From Chrysemys picta bellii (taxonomy: Eukaryota), in NCBI RefSeq assembly GCF_011386835.1, contig NC_088805.1, positions 19,468,001 through 19,532,000 of the forward strand: a stretch of 64,000 bases of DNA. Reading direction: 5' to 3'. Positions 24,606 to 37,811 of this stretch are shown one piece after another. Numbering within the stretch: the stretch's first letter is position 1; the number at the start of each line of letters is the position of its first letter. The notes below the pieces were generated by a model that made no database searches, was not told the DNA's origin, and saw nothing but the letters and a program-made list of their open reading frames with translations. The translations under genes were made by a program, and so were the position numbers.

Positions 24606-25866
24606 TGCCAGAAACCACAAGTCCAGAGCAGGAAGCCAAAAACTAATCAGGGGATGATTATGTTTAACTCATACAACCCCCAATTCTTTGTTCCTCATCC
24701 TGGCTGTGTGCATCAGGAATAGCGGGGAGTGCTCAGCAGCCCAGCGACTGGGGAAAGAGAATGTGTTGGCAGTAAGCAACTCTCCCATGCTGCTAGCAGG
24801 GCTGGAAGGTGAGGAAGGATTGTGGGAAATTCTCTCCAGTCCCGTTCAGTCTCCAACGTCACCCAGAGGAAGTCTCCTGCCAGACTGGCTGAAATTTGGC
24901 AGTTCTGCTTCCTAGGCACGCAACACAGATGGCAGGGCAGACACCTGCTGCTGCAGACAGCTTTGCCAGTGACTCATGGGGGAGCTGGTGGAGATGGGTC
25001 ACCAAGATTAGACCTCATTTCATTGGAGTCTCAGCCTGCTCTCTGGAGAGAGCCAATGGAGATTTCAGAATCAGGACGAAGAAGATTTTTATGTTTCATT
25101 ATTGGGCCTGTCAATCTTGACAGGGTACCTTAAAGGGGGAAAACTACTCAAAATTACTTGGCCTGTTTAAAAAATATCTGATTCTTGCTGATTGATTGCT
25201 TGTCTACCTCCTGCTTTCCTGTCCATTCTCGTTGATTTAGTTATATCTCACTTCACTGTTCACCAAGAAAACTAATGGTTGCTGTAGAGGGGCTAACAGG
25301 CAAGTTGCAAAGTAATTTGCACAGCCATTTCCGGTTACGTTTTCTTAGAATATCCATATCCATTCCCCTGGCCTTGTTTTAAAAGCAAGATGAACCAGCA
25401 ATACTGTTCTCTCACTGCATCAAAACGCTCAGCTATTAGGAACTATCACCTTGCAGAATCACAAAGAGACAGTACCCCTTCTCCCCAGCTGCATTTTCCT
25501 TTCCACCACATTCCCGTGGTCCCGCAGCATGTGCGGCAAACTTTGCCAACTCACCCGAGCATACAGGAAATCTGTTGTGAACGACTGAGCGAGTAAGTGA
25601 ATAAACACGATTTTAAAACGAAGGCTAATGCATCAATTGTTTGCCATGCATTTGACAAGTGTAATTTAATTTTAATTGTTTATGATAATGCTACATAGCA
25701 TGCTAGAAAACATTGGGTCTATTCAGTAAAGTCCTAGCAATATTGATGGCAGTGGCTCAGTCATTGAGTCCTTTGCTAAGAAAGTAAAGGAGAAAAAGCA
25801 CCATTTTGTGGGTATGAATTACAGGCTGTGCAGAGCAGTGCAGTAGAAAATAGGAAGGTTTTAGGG

Positions 25867-25960
25867 CAGTGGTTTTCAACCTTTTTTTCATTTGCGGATC
25901 CCTTTGGAAATCTTAGGCACAGTCTGCAGGTGTCCACAGAATGTAAGTGAAAAACCACTA
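25867..25960. mobile_element. Very small hAT (Charlie-like) MITE, 94 bp
   Basis: TIRs CAGTGGTTTTCAAC ... GTGAAAAACCACTA and a perfect 8-bp TSD TTTTAGGG at 25859-25866 and 25961-25968. Confidence 0.88.
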
Positions 25961-26579
25961 TTTTAGGGGATGTAGAAAAACTTCCACTTACACCCTTATG
26001 AACCCAGTCCTAGCAGGGCATTCTCTTGTTCTCACTAAGGCCTTGCTGATGCTGGGATTGCACCAACTGCTGTAGCTGCCCCAGTTTGAATCCCTAATGC
26101 TGAAATCCCAGAGTAGACAAGACAGTGTACTTTTATTCAGAAGAGATCTGCATATTATAGCAAGGTAAAGGTAAGTGCATTGCGTGTGCTTGGTGAGCAC
26201 CCAGTGTGCATGTGGTTTTAAACCAGCCTTGTGTGTTGATATTCTGCAGAAACCCAAACAAAGCTGATGCACAAATAAAGCTAAATAGCTCTCTATTTAC
26301 ATTTGTTGATTTGGTTTTTGTCTCCATCAATACCTCCTGGAGCTAATTATGTAGTCAAAATCAATATGGGAGCTGGTCTTCTCAAGGTATTCAACACCCA
26401 AAAGGAACTGAAAATGCTTCAAGAAAAAAAAATCACGTCTCACATTTTAAAGCTCCACAAATGGTTTCATGAGAGATTAAGAAGTGGTGAAAAATATAAA
26501 TACATATACAAATGCACTTAAATACTAGACCCTGCATACACCCTGGTGTGTCAGCTTGGATGCCAAAGGGGAGGGATGC

Positions 26580-26750
26580 ACTAATACTGAATACAGAACT
26601 GGGACTAAGCAGACCTGGGTTCTATTCCAGCTCTGCCACTGAGGGCAAATCACGTCCCCGGTCTGTGCCTCAGTTTCCCCATCTGTAAAAATGATACGCT
26701 CCTCTTTTGCGCTCTACTGATGAAAAACACTATATGAGAGCTAGGTATCA
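26580..26750 (+). mobile_element. MIR-like CORE-SINE
   Basis: AGACCTGGGTTCTATTCCAGCTCTGCCACTGA..CTGTGCCTCAGTTTCCCCATCTGTAAAA. Confidence 0.8.
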
Positions 26751-27213
26751 TTAATTGGTTTGTTTGAGAGCTTTTTTGTCTGTTTTGATAGTCATATCAA
26801 AAGCAGTTGAGAAAGCCTTACATGCTGTGAATCTATACACTTTTTAGTGACCACTCACACATTAAAAAACAAAACAAACAAAAAACACATTTTTAAAATC
26901 GTCTTTGATCAAAGCACATGAGAACAAAATTCAAGATAAAAGGAAAGAAAAACATGGCACAGAGATCTCTAGAGGCGCCTTAGTGGTTTTCATGACATTT
27001 CAGACATCACTTTATTCCCATCTATCTGAACACCAAAGGTCAATTTATTTAAATTGGTCAAAAAAACTAGTGGAAGGGGAGAAAGACCAGAGAGACCGAG
27101 ACCGGTCTATTTCAAAGACATTTTCTAAAGTAAACTTTTCCATGTTTGGTAACAATTTAGCACACTTGGGGCTCTATTGCATTTGAAATTATAGCAACTA
27201 CTCAGACATTTAC

Positions 27214-27299
27214 CCAAAGGTCAGCTCGGACCTGTCAGTGCCCTGCCTCTGGGAAGGAACCTTGCTATGTGACACTGTAACATCAATAAGGCTGCATTC
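27214..27299 (-). other. Candidate coding exon (86 nt; ECSLIDVTVSHSKVPSQRQGTDRSELTF)
   Basis: Acceptor CTTGTTTCCTGTTTCAG, donor TGG|GTAAAT, open frame. Confidence 0.22.
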
Positions 27300-30206
27300 C
27301 TGAAACAGGAAACAAGTTGTAATCTTGTAGGGGAACTGGTATGTACTTCTGTTAACACAAAAAGATCTATTGGCATTAAATATCCCAGTCTCTCATCCAG
27401 TAACAGATTTCCCCCCCCCCCAACAGAAACATGTTCTCCACCTGTGAAAATTACAGATATATGCCCTGATCTTGTGAAGACTTTCATGCATGCTTAATTG
27501 TAAGCAGTGAAGTAGTCACACTGATTTTACTAGCTTAAGGTTAGGCATGAGTGCAAGTCCTCGCAGGTTCACAGGCTTATATTGTTTTTGTCTCTTGATC
27601 ATTTAGTAAAAAATGCATCAGAGAAGCATTTTATGTTTTTGTTAAAATCTTAATCTGAAACCTATCAATAAGCTACGAGTCTGCTTTCTCTGGCTCTCCT
27701 CTTCTTACTTTCACCAACAGAATGGCTTCAGTCCACTTTACCTATAGGTGAGAGTCTGGAAATACAGGACCATATTAGCACTTCAGCAGCCCAAGGAACT
27801 CCTCTAACAACCAGAAGCAGCGAACGGTAAATCTCAAAATTTCCATATCCATTGGAAGGAATCTCTTCTCCTGCAAAGGTGGCTCAAAGCAAAACCCTTG
27901 ATCTGAATATTTCCATTTTGTGGGTCTAGGCCAATGTTTTTTTGTTATTTTTAATAAATGGTCTCTAACTCTATATGACGAAAGCAACCCCCAGATCCAA
28001 ACATTAGATTCAACAGCTATGGAAAATCGACCAGCGAACATTCCTGCACCTCCACTCTAGTCACTGCTGACACTTGACCGCTGTCAACACATGATTTGTA
28101 TCTACTTGGTTTCCACAGATATTACTCTGTATTTTACTGAAATGTTATGATGTTTTCACAAAGACACTAAAATTCTTTAAAGGTACAGGCCCACAGTTTT
28201 CTTTGCAATGCCAGTAAGTTCACAAAGTTAATTGTTAACAGGACACTGTTACCTAAACATAGTAGGTGTAGACTGTAGCATTCTGATTTGAAAAGTTGAG
28301 CCTAACCACAGAAAAAGGTTTTCAGCCAAAAGTTTATATGCACAAAATTACAAGAAACTGAACACCAGCTGGTGGTTTAACTATCTTGAGCAACCTGCAT
28401 TAAAGTAAAAAGGCCAATATTTTTCAGATGTGCCTATTGATTTTGGGTGTCCAATTTGAGGCATTCTGATTTTCAAGGAATGCTAAGAACCCAACCTCTG
28501 AATATCAGGCTGCTAACATGCATCTCAAAGAGAGCACCCAAAAAAATTTTGGGAAAAAAATGACACAATCACTAGTCACTCTGGAAAATCCTAGCCAATA
28601 TTCTAAAGTGCATTCCTACACAGTCTAAAAAGTGGCACCGTTAGCCCAGAGAAGACCTCACAGTTAATTGGAGCAGGGAAACCACTCAAATAGTGAGAAA
28701 TCTTGAGGACCAGAGACAATAGTGACTTAGTTCTATGTGAGCAAGGCTTGTGGTGGGGGGAGGGGAAGCAGAGCTCAATGTGGTTTGCAGAGTGTAACCG
28801 CCCTTTATCATCCATCTCATGAGCTGCCAGCCACCTTGGATTTTTTTTTTTTTATTGCAGTGAGTAATGCTTAATTCTCACCAGATGTTCATTCATCAGT
28901 ACCCACAGAGGTTTGCTTCAAAGCACAGAGGCTAATTTTTTTTTTTTTTTTAAATCAGAAACACATACCAGCAGCTCTGTGTTTACTCCCGGCTTCTCCC
29001 TGAATCGTGAGGTGAGGAGGAGGATGGGGCGGTGGAGGAAAGGTTCCTCTGGAAGGCATGTGCTTGTAGGAGAAAGGCACCCAAGATTCTGTAGAAATGG
29101 ATCCAGAAGAAGAGCGCCCATTACGGAAACAAGCCCGTAATACTACCCTCCTTTTAAAACAAATATTCTTTCAAAGCCCCTGTGGGGTAGCCTAGCAAAT
29201 ATGAGCCAAACTTTTTTTCCCTTTTGTTTTATAGGCAAGGCAGGCAAACACACAGTATTTCCTTTGGAAGCAGGACCAGCTGGCTCAACTCTCCAAACAT
29301 AAATTATTGAGCTTGCTTGGAAAAGCTGTGCAAGTCATACTATTATTTCAAATGATAACAAGGTGGCTGGGGACATTGCTGGCCAAGCTCTTGGGCCGTG
29401 CAGTGCTTTTATTTGTTAATGAACATTCAGGGTGGCTTGGCACTGGGGAACAAAAACCTGAGAATCATAACATGGCTCCGGGGAAGTCAGCTGATAAATG
29501 CTGGGAATAGTCATAAATAAGAGGAAAAAATATTTCAATCTGGGAATTCAAGTTTTATAAGTTCAGGACACTAGAGTGGACTCTGCCTGTTAGCAGTTGA
29601 AAGCCACAGTTTATTTGCTAGTTCAACTAAATTTATTTTCTTTTAGTACCAAACACTCATTTCAGACCTTTCTACAGGTAAAGCCAACTCACATTTCCAG
29701 CTCTCGCATGATCTTCAGGCAGTAACAGGAAGAGACACCAATAATCACAGATTTTCTCCTAGTGAGACATTAGGCCTAGCCACTACTTCCAGGGTAACTA
29801 TGATGTGGCATATGCCCAATCCTGGCAAATAAAGGGCCAAAAGGGAGAATGATGGCCCAAATCAGGCCATTCTGTGGCACCTGGAGAGGAGACAGCTAAT
29901 GAAGCATTAGACCCAGCTGGATTCAGACTGGATGGTCCGTGTAAAGGAAGGATGGGGTGTCTCTCTCCTGTTCTGGAAGGAGGAGACCCAGAAGACAGGA
30001 GGTGGGGGACTCTCCTCTGTTTGGGAAAAGGAACCACCAGGAAGCTACAGGAGTTGAGCTAGCCCTCTGGTAATCCCTGGTAAAGGGGCAAGACCCATGA
30101 AGACTTTCCTCTAGTGTCTCAAGGGAGCAACAAGGGATTAAGATGACCCAGGGAGTTTCCTGGAAGTAAGTGCCAGATGAGGGTTTTTATTAATCACAGG
30201 CTAATG

Positions 30207-30480
30207 CAGGGGTGGGCAAACTTTTTGGCCCGAGAGCCACATCAGGGTTGCAAAACTGTATGGAGAGCCGGGTAGGGAAGGCTGCATCTCCCCAAACTAT
30301 GTACCCCTGCCCTCTATCCGACTCCCTCTCACGTCCTGCCCCGACTGCCCCCTCAGAACCCCTGACCCATCCAACCCCCCCCTCCCTGTCCCCTGACTGC
30401 CCCGACCCCTATCACCCCACCCCGACAGGCCCCCCGGGACTCCCACGCTATCCAATCCCCCTCCCCCGTTCCCCATCCTC
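30207..30480. mobile_element. hAT (Charlie-like) element, left end only, with C-rich repetitive interior
   Basis: Begins CAGGGGTGGGCAAACTTTTTGGCCCGAG, followed by CCCCTGAC/CCCCGAC-type repeats. No right TIR found. Confidence 0.7.
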
Positions 30481-32016
30481 TGATGAATCCTCTAGGAATA
30501 CATCCAGCCAAAATTGGCAACCCTATGGAGAGCACATTACACTAATCTGACCAAGTGACAAAAGGCACTGAGTACTATGATGAGGTCTTGTCTTCAAGAA
30601 AAGAAAAAATTTTTGGCCAAGTGAAGATGATGTGAAATACGCCATTGTTGCTAGCTGGATCTCCAGAATCTGCTCAGGATTTAATAAAACCCGTAGGTTG
30701 CAAACTTGAGTAATGGCATTAATCTAGGAAGCAAGTCTCTCTATTTCTTTTGTTTTTTTGCAGCCAACCTGAGCCTGTTCTGCATGGAGTCTCAGCCAAT
30801 TTGCCTTCAATCAAATCCTGATCCTGACCAGACACTTGAGAGATGGTAAACTTGCATGATTTGGATGCAGATTTTGCAAATTACGCAAGCCTTTGTCTGA
30901 ACTGAGATATAATTAATGTGGCGCTCCCTTTCCCCAGGATAACGTAGGTGGCTCAGAGTCAGTCTGCTTTTGTAATGAGTTCAGTGTACTCTAATCACAG
31001 GTGCCATGAAATGTTCACTATTTCAGCTGTTCAAACTTCTATTGCATTTCAGCACTTTTGTGCCTACTTTGTTTAATTATTTAATATCCCCATATTCATG
31101 AAGACTGTAGATGCAAGTAACAGGTTCCCTCTTAGAACTCAGGCATATTCTATTACATATTCTAGAATGAGCACTTCGAAAGCTGTTTTGCAAGACATAA
31201 TTCCCATTCCTATGAGAAAGAAAAACCAACAGTGTCCCCCACACCCTCCGCCTTTAGTGCTCTAGCAGACTCTCGTGGAATCATGGGATCCCATGCTGAC
31301 ACCTCGATGAAATCAAGGATTTGGTGTGATAGAGCTATACACTAGAGAAGAGTGTTTTTGCTGACAGAGGGTAAACTCTATGGTCTGCACTGATACAATG
31401 AGATGCTGCTGAAAGACCTTTCCCTGACAGCCTATTCATTTATGTGGATTTTTGTGACAACCTCCCCAGAATGAATCCACAAACTATGCAAGCAACTACA
31501 TTGCAGGGTAAGAAACTGATACTAGACATCACCTCATTCACTGTTAAAAAGTGTTTCACGAAAGTAAGCTCTTTCAATGAAGAGCTAAGTTTATACAGTC
31601 AGCATAGGTTAAAAGGAAAATAAAATATCTGATCAGGCATATTAATTAAAGATTATACTATAAACTGCACTTTATTGTGATAGTCACAATGCTTCTCCCT
31701 CAAGGGTAGAGTTGTTTTAAAAGAAAATTCTTTTTTCTTTTTCTGCAGCAGCCCTTAAGGAAATTTACTGTAAATTTGAAATTCCTGGCTTTTCTTGGTT
31801 TTTGTCACCACTGCATTTGGAGAAATATTCATTAGGATGCTGAATTACCTTGATGTTTGCCCCTTTTTGAATTCATGGGTTGTCTCTGAAAATACATACT
31901 TTTCTGCAGCTCCACCCAAGAAAATGTTAAGATGCAGCTACATATTGCTCCAACTATTCATGCTGTAGGTTACTCAGTGCTGGCATACATGTACTCTGGA
32001 AGACGGAGCGTGATAA

Positions 32017-32264
32017 GGCCTGATCTAACTAAAGGCGTGATTAAGTCATTTTAATTAAACAAGTGCAATTATGTGTGTGGACACACCTCAATTTAAAAAT
32101 ATTTTAAATCAGATTTGCATGATCCTATGTTGGTTTGTAACCGAATTAAGCTGAACTGATTTAGAGTGCCTCCAGAGGGGCTGGAGGGTTGCACTCATTT
32201 AACTCAAATTGGTTTTCTGAACTGATTTACTAAACATCAGTGCAAAAACAGTGTAAACAAGGCC
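32017..32264. mobile_element. Old Harbinger/PIF-type MITE
   Basis: TAA|GGCCTGATCTAACT ... AGTGTAAACAAGGCC|TAG with an AT-rich, partly palindromic interior. Confidence 0.55.
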
Positions 32265-34689
32265 TAGTGATTTTGGAATACTTGGATGGTAAAAATACTG
32301 GCTTTTCATTACACACCTGTCACTTTGTAAGCAGTTACAATCTTATCCCCTGAGGGCTGAGTGAACTTAGAGGAAATGAAAAAGAGGAAATGTAGTGACT
32401 GAGCAAAATAGCTCTAGTCCTTCTGTCATCTTCTGTCCCTTTTTGGGTTTCCAGCACAAGTTTACAGAGGAATACCCTGAAGAGAGACCAGAGCCAAAGT
32501 TGTTACAATATAGTAAACATAGCAAAAGTTCTCGATCACAGCTCATACTTCATGATTCCACAAAGGAATCTTCAAACGCCATTATTTCCTCTGACAACAA
32601 ATCCTGATTGATCATGCGTAGTGTGCAACTCTTGGCAGGAACCCTGGCAGATTCTATAGAAAGCTATGAAGCGCTACACTTTAATCAATGCCTATACAAA
32701 AAACATCTTGTCAAGGATGTTCAAAACTGAGGGTCTCTTTACAATTGTGATCGTTAATGGTAATCACTACCAAGATGGGAATTCCACCAGTACTACACAT
32801 ACTCTGTTGATTCTATGCAAAAATAACTCTCTCTCCTTTAAGGATTGAGTGAGGCATCTGCTCAGATTGGTGGCCACTTTTAATCATCCTTACTTTACTC
32901 TCCTAAATAAATCTCTCAGTAACTCAAAACACACCATCTTTATCACTTCCTTTTTAAGGAGAGCAAGAAGCAATGAGACTTGGAACAGTCAAAATGTAAG
33001 ACAGATGCTTAAGGTTGGTGATCTTTAATGTTCCTCGACTTTTCACTACACTGTAATTTTAAGAGCTAATTATGAAATTACTGTCTGTATTCAAAAGAAT
33101 TCTTTCAAACCATGGTTTAAACTCTCTATAAACATCCTAAACCATACCCACTGATTCACAGAGAAATTGTACCAGGGGAAGAGTCACATGTTAGGAGTGG
33201 CCTTCTTGGATAATCTTTCTTTTCCCTACATTATCTATGTATCAGAAGTACAGTTCTTGGCCACTAGAGCTAAAATGAAACAGATGCCCATCCTGGTGTT
33301 TAATGTTAAAGTAGGCTTTACAACCCTAAACACAACATAGCAATGATGTATTATGCGGATACTGGTTTGCCTTCTTGATGTTTGTATTTTTGAAGTTAAC
33401 TAAACTAAATCAAAATCTTCTATCTCAATTTTGAAACTGACAACATGAGTCTTGGCTCGTGTGAGCTTGCATTCTGTAGAGATACAACATGTGAGTTCAC
33501 GCCAAGACAGAAGGCAGTAAGATTCATGATCTGAAAAATAAATGAGAGGTTTGGCACTTTAAAAGGTAAGAGCTGGAGAAGCCCCGTGAAGACTTTTGAC
33601 CTGTCTCTGACTTAATGTTGTGCCCGGTAGAGAACGGCAAATAGTTAGTAATTAGTAATTAATTTGACTGATTTTCCATATTTTGCTTCTCATCAGCTGT
33701 CCAGTGTCTACAACAGATCCTATCTTATCTGTAGTTTGACATCTGCCAAATTATTTCTGTAAATAATTTTTAGTCTGTAGCTTGCTCATGAGCAGTCCAT
33801 TGTAATTATTCTAAACTCAAACTTTTTTTTTTTTTTAATTAGAGACAGGTCACATGATAGATTTTGATATCCTAGTTCAATGAGACTAGCTCTTAGAATC
33901 AAAGTTTCTGTGCAAATACTTGTGGGTACAAATTTGAAGTTTGCTTTCTTCAAATATCCTCCGATACTTCACTGTTTTGGCCCATAATGCTGCCAGGAAA
34001 TCTACTCATTTGTTTGAATATTCATATTCACAGAAAGTAACTTCAAAGTGGTGTGAACACGGTCAAAGCAATTCATTTAAAAGCCCGAATTAGTATTTAT
34101 ATAGCGGAGATGCAGTTTAATCACACAACCCTCCTGGATTTTATTCAACTTCTGGTCTAGCAGGTTGCCCCGTGTTTTACAGTTTTGCAGCTCACAACAG
34201 TTGTATACTACTATGAAAAAAATCTACAGGATTAATAAGACTCCTGAGTCAGAATGGTAAATAACCTCTAACACCAACTATATAACACAACACAGAGAGG
34301 GGGAAATGTGGTTTCTTTATAGAAAAACACAAGTTCATTGTACACGCTGATTTTTAGTTGGAATCTATAAGGGGGAGGGGGAGAACAGGAAGAAACAGTT
34401 CTAAATATCATGCTGAGTTTTCAGGTTCTGTGACTCTCTGTATGCAGAAAGATCAACCAAGTTTTTCAAATTATCAACAACCAGCAGGTCAGTCTGTAGC
34501 CATCTTGGGCATCTACAGCAGGAGGACTAGTTATAGGGTGGTAAGAGCACCAAACGCTTCTCCTTAGAGCTAGTGGTAACACAAACCCCTTTCTCTACTC
34601 AAACCCCTTTCTCCACTCAGGGCAGGGGTTCACAACAGAGACACTTTTTCCAATTGTCCTGGAAACTTGACTCTTCCTACCATCAAATT

Positions 34690-35090
34690 CACTAAGCCCT
34701 GGTGTCATCTCAGCCAACTGGGGACTCAAAGCTAACATAAAGTCTCTACAGCTTGAGCTAAAGAGCCAGGCTAGGTAGCTGGGGTGGTAACAGACTCACA
34801 TCCGCTATAGAGCAGGTACAGAAGATGACACATAATACATATAGACCAGTCAGTTCCATACTTCGTCTGCACAGAGAAAACTCGTCCTGAATGCCTGTGG
34901 CTCATGGCAGTTCAATTCACAGACAGCGGGAATTTTTAAACCAGGGACCTTCAGAGCTGAAAGCATGAGCTAAAGGTAGGGCTTGAGATAAAGAGTCAGG
35001 GTCTGTAAGGAGGGGTGGGGGCTTATAGACTTGCATGATCTGTGGATCAGGCAGAGAGGGGATGTATAACACTGATTGGTGGGGGTTACA
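34690..35090 (-). mobile_element. Two adjacent related tRNA-like SINE-type units
   Basis: Shared AGCTTGAGCTAAAGAGCCAGG / GGCTTGAGATAAAGAGTCAGG..AGACT motifs; minus-strand A-box-like TAGCTCAAGCTGTAGAG. Confidence 0.45.
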
Positions 35091-36616
35091 TACATTTACT
35101 ATAGTGTGCTTAGGTTTACATGTTAGGTAACATTATTCTGCATTACTCGACAATACTTTGCAGTCTATGGATGACAGGAAGAGCAAACTAGTGAGAATAT
35201 TTCTTACAATGCCTTAAGTGTTTTCAGTGACTCATGTGTTTTTCTTTCATGTGCAATCCTTTAGCTTTCCCTTGACTCTAGCATCAAACTGCCTGCTGGG
35301 ACCAGCTTTACCTTAGATCCACAAATGTTACAATGTCTTTGTGGAAAGACACAGGTGAAAAACACTTTTGTCACAAACACTCAGGACTTTCAGCTGCTCG
35401 GTTCAGCAGTTGGTACCAGAAACAAAAAGAAGCTGCATTTAAATAAAATTCAGATTTTCCATATCATTCTAAAAGCTCAGAAATGAAAAGGCCTTTGTCT
35501 TGAAATGACTGGTTCTTGTTTACACTTTATACTTTGGTGTCTAATGCATTGAAGTCCTTGTGTTACAATACGTCTTTCTACAGACCATGAATACAAAAGG
35601 CAGATAAGGGAAGTTGTGGGGGGAAGTTCAAATGGAGGCAAAGAAAGAGATACAGCTACAGCAGACAAAATCCACATTTAGAGCACTGATTTGAAAGGAA
35701 AAAAGGACAAAATGGAAATGGCTTATTGTTAAAAATACCAGCAAAACAGAAGGGCAAAAACAAAGGTAGCTGCATGAAAACAAGCGAAGGAGATTGTGCA
35801 ACAGAAAAATAAATCAGCTAGAATACAGAAAACAAAAGGTGACCATACAGATAACAGCCAGCAAGGGAGAGAGGCCATGAAAATTAGAGAAAGCTTTTAG
35901 ATTATCCCACTACTTTGTGCAAGTTTGACGCAAGAAAGATCCCTCAGCCACTTTCATTATTACCATTTTCTTTTGGGATCCATTAGCGCTCTGCAATCGC
36001 ATTTCATCAGACCTACATAGGGTAGCTGTCGCACTCACACTGTGAAACAACTAGCTGTGTCAACAGAGATAAAGCTCACTTTTCACCCCTGTAAAGCTCT
36101 CTCAAACACAGACTGGCAGAAGGGGGGGAAGTCGAAAACTCAGAAGCATATTAAAATACGTATTACAAGAGCACATTTGTACTCCTGTAATGTATAGAAG
36201 CCAAAAGTGGGCTTGGAATTTTGACATGTGGATTGAGAAAGAACTAAAGCTCAGTCAGGTATATTGCGTGTCATAAAATGAATAACAATACCACTAAGAC
36301 CCAACTGACAGTAGGAAGAAGACAAAGAAAATCTATTGCTTCATTTTGTTTTCCTTCTGCCACCACAATCAATTTAAATAAACAAAACCAAGCCATCAAA
36401 AGCTAAGAATAATAGTATAATATATGATGAAAACCCACCAAATTCCAAACAAAACAGGAGGGAAAGGATTCAGCAGAGGGGCAAAAACGCGTGGTATTTA
36501 TGTCTTTGAATAAACCCAGGTTTCTTAGGTAGGCTGGCAGGTACACTTCTGCTGTTTTTATTACAGACAATAATGCAAAGATATCACTTTTTGGTCCGAA
36601 TGTTCTTTTCCTACAG

Positions 36617-37069
36617 CAGCAGTTTCCAAACTGTGGGTTGCAACTGAAAGCATATCGGGGAGCACAAGATGAAGGAAAACAAAGAAAATGCATGGAAGTT
36701 TCTAAACAAACAGCTCTTAAGGCAGCTAGGAAGGATCAACCTCTACCGGACAGAGCACTCTTTCAGAAGCACTATGCCTTCTAAGGCCATCTGGTGGGCC
36801 GGATATGGCCTCTAGACACCAGCTGCCCATTCCATTTTTGGTCCAATGGTCAGAGCCAACCCCTGAGATGGGGGCCCTGTGAAAGTCCACTGAGAACATA
36901 TTGGTTAATCCAGGCCTGACTACCCACCCATAGTTTTCAAAGTAGACTGTTTTAGTGGAGTGTTTGTTTGTGGCAAGCCAAATTGAATACTAAATCCGGG
37001 AATTGGCAAGCATTAACACAAGTGAGTCCAATGGGGATCCCAGCCTGAAAAAAAGTTTGAGACCCACTG
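36617..37069. mobile_element. Possible diverged hAT (Charlie-like) element
   Basis: Left CAGCAGTTTCCAAACTGTGGG and right AAGTTTGAGACCCACTG. The flanking 8-mers TCCTACAG and CCCTAGAG match at 6/8. Confidence 0.5.
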
Positions 37070-37754
37070 CCCTAGAGAGAACACAGACATCCAAGTTGTG
37101 CAACTCAGCAGCACTCCCATTGGGAGCTCTTTGGCTAGACAGCTGGTAGGATTTAGGAACAGGTAGCTTGAGTCATCTTCCATGGAAGTCAGGGGGAATC
37201 TCTCCATTGACTTCAACAGGAGTTGAATTAGGGCCTTAAGGGAGGATATGATTCATACGACTTCTGGCAGAGACAGCAAAAAGGAACTCTAGCTCTGTAA
37301 CAGAAGTCTGAGAAATTCCCCATTTTCCTTGGTTTAAACTCTAATTCTTGTGGCCACACATAGCAATTGCCCTTCAAGCCAAAAAAGACTGGATGACACT
37401 CCCTTAAAATGCTATTACCACTGCTGCTGATGAATTGATTGCAAGGGTCGCTAATAACTAGCGTAAGACCCTTCCTTCCTTCCTGGGTCTGTACATTCTG
37501 CACCTCCAGCTGATACAGATCTTGCTGGTCTGTGAAAGGAGGCCCCAAGACTAGGAATCAAACTCCTGTCTTCTGCAAGATAGAGAGCAGAGCACTACCA
37601 GCACTACCAACTACCACTGGACTGACCAATCTAATTATATATTTAAGTCCCAACGAGTCCCCTACCCCTTAAAACTAATTTGATAAAAACTAATTTTGCA
37701 TTCAAACTTCCTTTTACCTCTTGAAGTTCTGTTCAGAATACAGACCCTGATCGA

Positions 37755-37767
37755 TTATATATATATA

Positions 37768-37809
<42 letters not shown>
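37755..37809. repeat. (AT)n microsatellite plus poly-T
   Basis: Directly visible. Confidence 0.98.

Positions 37810-37811
<2 letters not shown>

Noticed and set aside
27721-27747. NGFSPLYL resembling an ankyrin repeat (NGFTPLY)
   Set aside because: That frame ends in TAG within the unit, and there are no neighbouring ankyrin exons.
29790-30200. Possible additional LTR fragment (starts TGTGGCATATG, purine-rich)
   Set aside because: No matching CA terminus, TSD or second copy in the window, so it is too weak to call.
30575-30680. C/D-box snoRNA (ATGATGA C-box-like; also at 41462 and 57074)
   Set aside because: No D-box (CTGA) with a terminal stem at a suitable distance.
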